This document shows positions 29,215-64,000 of a DNA stretch of 64,000 nt, piece by piece. Origin of the DNA: Vicugna vicugna (lineage: Eukaryota). The translations under genes and the position numbers were made by a program. The notes under the pieces are model-generated. The model made no database searches. It was not told the DNA's origin and saw only the letters and a list, made by a program, of their open reading frames with translations. The stretch covers positions 4,103,308 through 4,167,307 of the forward strand of contig MU061578.1 of the NCBI GenBank assembly GCA_013265495.1. The letters are read 5' to 3'. How positions within the stretch are numbered: the stretch's first letter is position 1; the number at the start of each line of letters is the position of its first letter.

Positions 29215-31779
29215 GACAGGTTTGAGAGGTTGCGGGGGTGTCCAGGGATGGTGGGGGGCTGGGGCAAGGTGCAGGTTAAAGTGAAAAGACTCGTGTCAGC
29301 CTGGATAGAGTCACCAGACCCCTGCCTCCTCCCTGACCATCTGTGCTGTGCACCGCTCCTGAATACCAGCCTGGCCCCAGGACATGGTTGGCTGGCTCTC
29401 TGGAGCTTGAGGTCCTGTGTGACTGTTGAGCCTTGACACAAGGCCAGTCTGAGTGGAAATCAACTGCAGGTGCAAGTTACACAGTGGATTCCAGGACTTA
29501 GTGCAAAAAAGGAGTGTAAACTACCTCACTAATCATCAGATTTTATGTACTTTATATGTTGAAATTGTAATATTCTAGATGGATTGGGGTAAATGTATCA
29601 TTTTAAAACTGAACCTGTTTCTTTTTATTTTTTAGTATGGTTACTAATATATTTAATACTATGTGAGGGGCTTACATCATATTTTAAATGGACAGCATTG
29701 CCCTGGAGAAAGACTCCAGGTGTGCAGGCCCCAGGTGTGGGGATGGGGGACTTTTTTCCTTTTGATCTTTTTTATCTTCTGTTCTTTTTTAAAAAAGAAC
29801 TTAGTGGAAGTTATACATATCACAAAATTTATTTTAAGGGTAATGTTAACAATAAGGTATTGAAATAAACGTCTACCTGTTGAACTGTGTGAATCTGAGG
29901 GTTCTGCCAGCTTCCAGAAGCAGCAGCCACAGTCAGGCACCTGCCCCCAGGTCGGAGGAGGGAGAAAATGTGTATTTATCACCAGGCAAGAGCCCATGAC
30001 AACACGCCCCTATCCACATGGGAGATGGAAATCTGCCCAAACAGAAAAGAAATTGGGAGACAATGCAGAGGGCCAAGGAAAAGTTTAAAAGCATGCTAAC
30101 TAAACCCTCGGAAAGACAAGAAAAGCTTTGTGTTCACAAGGCAAGAAGAAACGGGTGCTATGAAAAAAGGAATCATCAGAAAAGAAGAAGTTGCTCTTGG
30201 AAATGAAAAACCATGATTTAAAAAAAAATACCCAAAAAGTAATTGAACAATTAGATAAAAAGTAAAATAAAATACAAGTAAATAAATATCACAGAAAAGA
30301 TAAAAGGTAGATTTGAAGCAATTGCCCAAAATTCAGGCCAAAAGACAAAGAGATAAAAAAAAAGATAGAAAATATAACTTTCAAGGTCAATCCAATGAAA
30401 AGAAACTGTAGCAAGCAAGACTACAGAAAATAGGGGAAGAGACTGTTAGAAGATAATCTAGGAAGGTCTCCCAGCCAAGGGCATCCATCTTGTCAAGACC
30501 ACACGGCAGAGAGCACCGGTTCAAGGAAGGATTTGGCCCTTCATTGGTCAAGGACTTCCTTGGTCCAAGGTCAAGGACTGACTCCAAGTCTCATCCTGAC
30601 AAGTGTCAGACACCAGGAGGAGAAGATCCTTTAAAAGTATCCAGAGAGAAAAACCTGGTCACGTGGGAAGGATGGAGACTTTCCCCAGAGAACTGTTGAC
30701 CATCTTAGCAGCAAAATTGGCTGCCAAAGACAGAGAAACAAACCTTAATATTTCTGAATGAGATGATTTTCATATAAAACTGAGTATCTACAGTGGCCCA
30801 CTAGATCAGAAGGTTAGAGTTGTGGTGCTGATAAAATTGTGCATCGGGCTTAAATGTGAGTCAACCTGGAGCAAAGAATAAAGGCATTTTTCAGATATGC
30901 ACAGGCTTAAGAAATTTATCCTGTGCACTGTCTCTTGAGAAATTGCCAGGTGATAGGATTCAAGAAAATGTGGGGACAGAGGTGGAAGAAACTGGGAGTG
31001 AAGGCTCTAATCCAGGAGCATCCTGGGAGGAATTTGCAGAGTCCCGGCCAGGCGTTATCCTCCACTCTTCTCTCCAGTCACACCCACATCCAATCCATCC
31101 CGCCTGCTCCACGGAGATTTCCTAGACTAGCCCCAACACGCCACCTGGCCCACGCCGGTTCTAGCTCAGGCCGCCCCGCTGGGCTCCCTGCATTCTCGGT
31201 TGCCCCCTACCGTCCGTTCTCCTAACTGCACCCAGGGTGGACCTTCTAAAAGGAGACAGTCTTCGATTGCTCATTTTCTTACCCTTATTTTTCTTATCAC
31301 TATTTGGCATCTAATATATTGCACATGTACTTTATTTGTCCCCCTTTGCTTCATTCTCTGCCCCGGAAGAGTGCTTGCTGAGCACAGCAGGAATTTGGTT
31401 AATGTATGTTGAATGAATAAATGTCCCCCAGGTTTTTCCTCAACGGCCGTCTAGGCTGAAATGGCACCTCCTTGCGAAATCTTCCCAGATCGTTCTCCAA
31501 CACCATCAATAGGACCTTCTGCCAAGACGGAAGGTCCCATCCCTGCGCTATGCCTTAATGCAGCCTCTACCACAGGTGGCCATAGGGCCCTTGAAACGTG
31601 GCCAGCCACTGTGACCAAGGAACTGACACGGTGGCTGATGGCTACCGGGCTGAACGGTGCAGCACCTGTCCTAGCATCTATACCGCCGCACCCACCAATA
31701 CTCGAAATCACCCCAGTTTCGATTGCTTCAATGCGGTGCGTTTCCCTGCAAAGGCTTAGGCCCGAGGAAAGCGGGACTC

Positions 31780-32460
31780 TGCCTCGGTGCGGGCGGCAAG
31801 ACAGCACATGTGGTCGGTGCTCAGTAGGTGTTTGTGGATGCGAGCACGCGTGGGTTACGGATAGAATTGGGGCTTGCTAGCGGAGGGAGGGCGGGAGATC
31901 ACTGCAGGAAGACGTCCACGGAGGTAGAGAGAGGGAAGGCAGGCTTGCGCCTCTAGAAAGCCGAGGAACTGGGCTCCCAACCAGGTGGGGCGCAGCCCTG
32001 CCTATCATAAACCACACCCACGCGAGGTCCGCTCCTGCGCAAGCGCAGATGCTGCCGCCTGTTCCGCTCCTCTTCCGGCTCGCAGATTCCTCACGAACAG
32101 CAGGCGGGGACTGGCGCCTCTGGCTCAAAAAATTCAGCGGCGGCTCTGCCCAGGTCCAGGAAACTCCTGCTCTGCAGCCGCGTGCGTTGGGCCGGGAACC
32201 GAGGGCGGAGCTGGGCCGCAGAGGCCGTGGCGAATCGGTGACCGATCGGCATTGGCGGAGCTGGCGAGGCCCGAGAGCGCCCCGGCGACTCAGTGGACCC
32301 GACGGGTGGGCGCTTCCCGGAGACCCCTGCCCTCCCTCAGGCTCCCTCCCGTCCCTCGAGGCCCCCTGCCCACCCCCACGGGGCCCCCTCCCTCCGCGCC
32401 TCTAGGTGGGCTCCACGTACACTCTGGGGAGCGGGCGTGGGGACAGGCGCTCTCTAAACA
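31780..32460 (+). promoter_or_regulatory. TELO2 CpG-island promoter / non-coding first exon region
   Basis: CpG-rich; NRF1-like TGCGCAAGCGCA 32036-32047; ETS-like CTTCCGG 32072-32078. Exon 1 boundaries not resolved. Confidence 0.75.
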
Positions 32461-32704
32461 GTCTGCACACCCCTAAAGGGACCTGGCTGAACGGGGAGGG
32501 CCAGGCTCGTGGGGACCCGTCTTGGGCCCCTAATGCAGCTTTCTTTAGTGGCAGGGTGCACAGGTGACAGACAGGTGCCTACTTAATGGCACTGGTTCCT
32601 GCAGGGGTGCCCGACCCAAAGTAAATACTACCTGCAGATAGTTTTGGTTTCCGGGAAGGACGGGAGCTTGGCAAGGTGAACCACAGATGGATGCATCAGG
32701 GAGT

Positions 32705-32880
32705 TAGAAGTGCTTCCTACCTCAGCACCACTGACATTTGGGTTTGGATAGTCTTTGGGGCCTGTCCTGCGTACATGTTTATGGGCATCCCTGGCCTCTA
32801 CTGAGGCACTAGGGGCAAGGTAGCACCCCTGGTTTTGACATCTAAAGATGTCTCCAGACTCTCACACATGGTTGCCCTAT
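32705..32880 (-). mobile_element. MER20-like DNA transposon fragment
   Basis: CTCAGCACCACTGACATTTGGG...CATCCCTGGCCTCTAC...ATGTCTCCAGAC. Confidence 0.6.
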
Positions 32881-33116
32881 TGCTGAAGTCACCATGGAGA
32901 GCCTCAAGCCATGAAATGGCTCTTGGTGAAACAGCGACGGATGCTGCCTGGAGGGAACACTGCTGGGTGACAGCAGGGGTGAGGAGGAATGGGGTCCCAG
33001 GAAGCTGAATATGAAGTCAGGAGGGTATGTAAAAAATACTTACTTATCCAAGTCTGAGTCCCACAAGGATGATGGTGGACTTGGACTTCTCACGTGCCTT
33101 TACCGTGAACTCCAGG

Positions 33117-45155
<12,039 letters not shown>

Positions 45156-45420
45156 TCACAGGAGGGGAGGCCCCACCTAGTGCTGGAGGCTCAGCCACTG
45201 TCCCCAGGGCCTCTGGGCTCTGCCCCCCAGCTGGTGGGACTCCAGGAGGGACTCCAGGAGAGCCACTGTGGAGTAGGGAGGAGGAGCTGCAGTTCAGCCT
45301 AACGCATCCGCCTCCAGACTGGTAGAGCTGGGGGCTGCCGGGCCGGGGGCTTCTTGGCGAGCGCCCCCAGCCCCTTTCCTCCCCTCAAGGCAGGTGACTT
45401 TAAAAACAGCGGAAAAGAGG

Positions 45421-45555
45421 CGGGAGGGTATAGCTCAAATGGTAGCATGCATGCCTAGCGTGCACGAGGTCCTGGGTTCAATCTCCAGTACCTCCACTGA
45501 AAAAAAAAACTAGTAATAAATAAACAGACCTAGCGACCCCCACCACACACACAAA
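45421..45555 (+). mobile_element. tRNA-derived SINE (vic-1-like) in TELO2 3' UTR
   Basis: GGGAGGGTATAGCTCAAATGGTAG...GGGTTCAATC; degenerate AAAAACAGC.. TSD on both flanks. Confidence 0.88.
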
Positions 45556-45573
45556 AAACAGCAAAAAAGGGAG

Positions 45574-45579
45574 AATAAA
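45574..45579 (+). terminator. Probable TELO2 polyadenylation signal AATAAA
   Basis: AATAAA about 420 nt after the stop, just 3' of a SINE; further AATAAA hexamers inside the SINE at 45515-45524. Confidence 0.6.
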
Positions 45580-45703
45580 GGAAGTGCAGGAGCTCTTTGT
45601 GATTCTCACTCCCGCGGGGACCCTGGTGCCCAGACAGGCCCTCCGAAAGGGGAGGCACAAAAATGGGGGCAGGAAGGGGACACAGACCTCTGAGAAAACA
45701 GGC

Positions 45704-45709
45704 TTTATT
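45704..45709 (-). terminator. Probable IFT140 polyadenylation signal AATAAA
   Basis: TTTATT on the plus strand, about 490 nt past the IFT140 stop. Confidence 0.65.
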
Positions 45710-45961
45710 TGGAGAATGTCGGCAGCTGGTGGACAGCGCAGGGGGTGGGAGAGTGAGCACCCCTAGTCACGATGCAGCCCCGACAGTCCCTCACAGTGGG
45801 AGCTGGCGACACGGCCTGGCCCTGTGGTCAGACACGCTGCCAGGCAGCCCACGTGGATGCTGGGATGAGCGGCGGAGAACACATTGATGTCCTTAGTTTA
45901 TGAAGCTCTGGAAGTTTCTCAGGCTTCACGATCTGCACTCTGGGAAATGTAACGGGAAAAA

Positions 45962-46007
45962 TGAATCAACTTCAACAAAAACCTGAATCAACTTCAACAA
46001 AAACCTG
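45962..46007. repeat. Perfect 22-bp tandem duplication in IFT140 3' UTR
   Basis: TGAATCAACTTCAACAAAAACC x2. Confidence 0.9.
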
Positions 46008-46198
46008 CAGGGGCCAGAATCACAGAGGTGGTGGCTTAGAGACACATTCCCGCTCTCCTCGGCAGGCCAGTGTGTCTTCCACAGCTCTGCCCATGGACTT
46101 GGACACTTCAGAAACTTCTTTAAACAAGAAAGTCAGGTTCTTGCTCCTGGGATGGTGGGGAGGTACCGGAAGAGCTCCGGCAGCAGCAGGCTGAGCCC

Positions 46199-59039
<12,841 letters not shown>

Positions 59040-60199
59040 CTGTGGCAGGGGACACGGCAGCTCTATGAGCATCCACCCCTGCGCCTCAGGCCCGACCGAG
59101 ACTGATGGCAGACAGCTTGGGGCACCGAGTCCAGATGCACATGGTCACTAAGAAGGGGAACGTATGGGAGCCCAATGGCTTCATGGGCAAAAGCAACATG
59201 GCAAACTGGGGACCACGTGCCTTCCTGAGGAGACAATGAGTAAGACACGTGCTCCCGGCCCCCAGCTCCTATCAGGCTCCCTCCCTCAGCTGCAGGCCAG
59301 CTGCGTCTCCCCGCAGTGGACAGGACACATCCCACTAAGACAAGAGGGCCGTTTCTGCAGGCCACTAAACTGCCACTGTCTCTGTTTAATGGTCTGTTGA
59401 CTCAGTGAACATTCGCTTCTCTTCACTCCCCCCCACCTCCCAGCACCTCTGTCCTAGGGCTGAGCTCCTAGTGCCTCACACGACCAATGGGAACCTGGGT
59501 CTGGGCAGAGGATGGGGTCTGTCCGACTCCCACGCCAACTCCCACGAGGACAAGCAGGACACCTGAGTGGGCCCTTGCCAGGCGCTGAATGGAGAAGAGG
59601 GTCCCAGGGAAGGGCGGCCAGAGCCAGCTGAGGTTTGGGCCTGACCACCCGCCCTCTGATGCCCCCGGCACAGGCTTGGAGGCACCAGGTTTTCCTTCCT
59701 CATTTTGAGGTTTCCAGCATCTCTCTCCAATGCTGACCAGGGGCTCCTGCCCCACTCCCACAACAAGTCCAATCCTGGAATGACCTAAGATGATCTCGAC
59801 CTCAGACGGGAGGGAGGACGCCCTGGGGCCCCTCCTTCTGGGGCTCCATTCGCTTGATGACCTCACATCAGGGCTCTCACAGCCCCAGGAGCACAGACTA
59901 GTCCATAAGTTCTCGGTGATGAGCCTCAGAATTCAAGTCACTGTGGATTCCACCCCTCCTTTCTCAAGACCGTGGGCGAGTAGCATGGCAGTGAGGTGCA
60001 AGATGACGGGTCTTGTGCACCTGGTCGGGAAACACCAGCTATCCTACACCTTCCTCGTCAGGGAATTAAGTCTCCACCAAGCAGGGCTGGGAAAAGTACA
60101 TGCAGGAAGTGCAGCTTCGGCGTGTGGCCACATCTGACATCCTCTCCACAGGCCGGAGTCTGTGCATTTCTGTGTAGAAAATCCACCAGGCAGACACCT

Positions 60200-60248
60200 G
60201 CCTAGTCCCTGTCCCGCCTGGCCGCCTAGTCCCTGTCCCGGCCTGGCC
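60200..60248. repeat. 24/25-bp tandem duplication
   Basis: GCCTAGTCCCTGTCCC(G)GCCTGGCC x2. Confidence 0.85.
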
Positions 60249-62009
60249 ACGTCTGCACCCAGTCAACATGAGAGGCAGTTGGGCACCGAGCAGTCCGGCT
60301 CTCCGGAAAGCCCTGTCCTCCGAGAAGCTGCCAGAACAAGCCCCGAGAGCCTCTCCTCTTGCTCTGCTCCTTGGAGACCTGGGTTGATTAGTCGGAGCAT
60401 GGGTGACCCCACTGCATCAAGTCCCACCGAGTGGCACGCACGCTACTGACAAACCTCCTGTGCTGCTTTGCTTGAAGATGAAACTCCCCTCTGTCTGCAG
60501 GCAGGAGCAGGGGAGGCACCGTTAGGCACCGCCACTAGACCCCTGGACAGAGCCAACGATGCAGACCACGGAGGACAGGAAGGGCCCCTGGGGTGGCACA
60601 CGATGGGGATGCATGAGGAGGTCCTCTGAGGACAGGGTCACTCCTGACTCAAGGTCTGCTTCCAGGCCTGCCACCCTGCCTGGCCCCACTGTCCACTCCA
60701 CCAAGAGCCTGGGGCTGGGGAGCTGGCTGAGGGTGCTGTACCCATCATCCAACAAGAGCCTCAGTGGGTGGGCCAGCCGCTCCCCACCTAGCCTGGGAAG
60801 AGAGCTGGTAGGACCTCGCCCAGGGACCAGCAAAGCAGGGACTACGGTTCCTGAAACCCTTTGCTTGCTTTTTAGTGGAAATCAGCCACTTAAGGACTAC
60901 CTCAGGATGAGCGATTTAAGTAAGTAAGGGGGGAAACAGTCTTCTAATGGGAACTTTGGGGGAAACTTCCTTCTGAGGTTATCTACTCCTCTGTGTGTGC
61001 AGGAGCCTGGGGCGTTAGAAAGTCCTCCTCAAAGAACGGGCTCCCGGTGCAGGAGGGGCTGTGGCCAGCTGTCCGCCCACAAGGTCTTCTGAGCTGCGGG
61101 TCCCCGGGCTCCTCCCCATCCACCGGGAGGCTGGAGAAAGCGACGGATGGTGGGGCAGGGATGGCAGTTTTGCTTCTGGCACAAGCCAAGGAAAGAGGGA
61201 AAGGAGCAACAACTCAGCTGACACATCTGTTACGGTCTCCAGGGGGAAGAATCCAAAATAGGTAAAATCCCTCTGGGAACGGATGGACAGACGTTTCTTG
61301 GGATCCTCGACTCTCCAAAGACCCCCTGCTTTTCAGGACTGTAAACTTGTCAGCATGGAAGCCTCACCTGGGAGGCAGCACATCCAGGTCCCTTGCGGGT
61401 GTCAGCACAGACCCTGGCTGGGTGAGGGGTCTCCAGAGGTGGTGGCACAGACCCCTCCACCTCCGCCCACTGCACGAGCTGCCAGCCCAACAGGTCTGAG
61501 CAGGGCAGATGAAGATCCCTCTGAGCTCCGAGCAGCCTGATGGCTTAAGTGACTTGGTGCAGGGCACCCAGCGCAGGGCCTGGCCCCTTACTGGCCACAT
61601 GTTCCGTCAGTAGCAAACACAGCCCAGGCCCTCAGGCCTCGCTGGGTGCCCTGCACAGCACGTCCAGAGCCCAACCCCCAGCTCCAGCCTGCTCTGGTAG
61701 TTCTCCAAGTGTGGCCCTGACTCGCCAGGTCTGGACCAGGAGGGGTCTCAGCTGGGAGGTGGAGGTGTCCAAGGGGCCTCCCTGTCACGAGGCCCTTCTT
61801 TGATGAGATGCCCTGGAGTGTCATGTGCTGGGGAACTGACCTGTTGGCTGGGGGGTGCCAAGTCCCCAAAGTGGGTGGCTGGTCCTGAACCAGAGGAGTG
61901 AGAGAGACAGCTGGGTCTGTGGGTCTGCTCTGGGCAGGCCTCCCCACCTCGCGAGGGAAGGTGGGGAGGGCGGGGGAGGGTCCTGGAGCAGGCCTCCAGA
62001 AGAAGGCCC

Positions 62010-62200
62010 CCCTGCCTTTCCTATCAGGAAACACATCCTGTTAGTGTCTGGCTGCTATTTGTTGCGGTTGGCTACGCCCTCCAGCTCACCAAAAACAGCC
62101 TCAAAAACAACCATTTCCTCTCTGCTGAGAGACACTGGGAAAACGCAGGCGCGAGACACACACACACACACACACACTCACGCGCACACGCTCTCGCTCG
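62010..62200 (+). promoter_or_regulatory. Probable TMEM204 promoter with clustered ETS/FOX-like motifs and a (CA)n tract
   Basis: TTTCCT 62017, AGGAAA 62026, CATCCTGTTA 62034-62043, TATTTGTT about 62056, CA repeat about 62156-62190. Confidence 0.5.
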
Positions 62201-62593
62201 CCCTGCAGCTGCCGTCTGTCTGCTTTCCAGGACCAGCTGTTCCGTGGCGGAGGCACCCGCAGGGGCTCAGGGAGCAGAGAGGCCGCCGACGCTTGCTCTT
62301 TCCCGCGGACCTGCTCAGAGTCCGGCTCCACGTTGGTCCTGAGAGCGAGGCCCAGGCGTCCCACGCTGGATTCCTGCTCTTCCTCGGCCTCCGCCTCCCA
62401 GGAAGACGGCGCACTCACGACTCTGGACTCTCCCTGGTGCCCCTGCTTCCTCCCCGGGATGGGCAGCTCTGCGGGCTTCAGCTCAGGCCTGGCCCTGCTC
62501 CAGGTGCAGGAAGGAGGGTAAGGAGGGCCGTGAGGCAGGCTCACCTGCACCTGTCGCTTGGGCCTTCGCGACACCTCCAAGCATGAGCGGTGA

Positions 62594-63034
<441 letters not shown>

Positions 63035-64000
63035 TGATGAGGGAGGGATGCTCTGCTCCCAGAGGCGACCATGGCCCTTGGGGACCCAGGCAAGCCCGGA
63101 GCTCCATGCCTGCCCTGCCCTGGCCCCTTTGTGACACAGTTCTTCCAGTGCAGGAGTGGGGCTTTTTTCTCTGCCGTTATGCAGAGCTAAAGGAAGGATA
63201 CATTAACCAAACCAAGGAAAATACACTTTTTCCTGGTGGAAAATAAAGATTGTTAACAAGTAAAATAAACAAGAAGTTTAAAAACATGTGGCTGGGTTCC
63301 GACTTTATCCCATAGTCGTCAGGGTCACAAGGCTGTGGGCAGTGCAGAGGGAGACCTTCTGGGGACTCGTTGTAGGTGGGACATCCAGAGGAGACTGGGG
63401 GACTGGACCCTTCAGAGGGCGAAGAGCCAGCTCAGGCAAGCAGAGCCCTGGCTCCCTCCACCCAGCAGTCTTTTCTGGACCCTGCTTCGTCACGTCCAGC
63501 ACCGGGTCTGCGTATGGCTCTGGAAGATGGGAACTTGACTTTGAACGCAGGGTCAGGTTTGAGTGTATGGGAGGGAAGGCTCGTAAATATGAAGACGCTG
63601 GCCACCTGACATGTCATCTACACAGTCACAGTGGCCAATGGGCAAAGGTCTCCCCTGAGATGACCCTTTAAAACTGCTATGAGGGTGTAACTGACAGGCC
63701 GTGTCACCCATGCTGAAGACAACACGTGTTCACAAAAACGTGGGCTCTGGATGGGTCTCTGCAGGCTGCTTTCAGAGGGCACACCTCACCCAACACAGGT
63801 GTGACGTGCCTGGTGTGAATGTCCCCAACCTGCTGTGTGCTCGGAACCCTGACCTGCGAGGGAACCGGGTGGGGGACTCTCTCTCTACTTCACAGGGAAA
63901 GGAGGCATGTGGCTCATCTGAGGTCCCTTTGCACACAGAACCCCGCGCTGCACAACAAGGGGTCTTCTGTCAGGAGTGGCTGGTATGCTAGCCCCTTACC

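Noticed and set aside
45421..45500. tRNA-like sequences with A/B boxes (also 17880-17974, 41621-41700)
   Set aside because: Degenerate stems, shared non-tRNA tail, poly(A) and TSDs identify them as SINEs, not tRNA genes.

Overview
Vertebrate (mammalian) genomic DNA containing the syntenic block CLCN7 (minus, coding exons 1-17; 3' exons lie left of the window) - PTX4 (minus, 3 exons) - TELO2 (plus, 20 coding exons, complete 825-aa CDS) - IFT140 (minus, last 12 exons) - TMEM204 (plus, first coding exon nested in an IFT140 intron). A recurrent tRNA-derived SINE resembles the camelid vic-1 family, which suggests camel/alpaca/llama DNA (inference). Exon boundaries were read by hand from GT-AG sites and reading-frame continuity. 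Most notable: (1) PTX4 exon 2 has a 1-nt deletion giving a premature stop (candidate gene loss, null allele or assembly error); (2) a 38-bp minisatellite in IFT140 tandemly copies an exon end plus its 5' splice site, creating five extra donor-like sites, two of them in frame; (3) CLCN7 intron 5 is a U12-type minor intron; (4) a SINE in the TELO2 3' UTR adds poly(A) signals next to the convergent IFT140 3' end. There are no prokaryotic-type systems (CRISPR, operons). Repeat family names come from pattern recognition only and need RepeatMasker confirmation.
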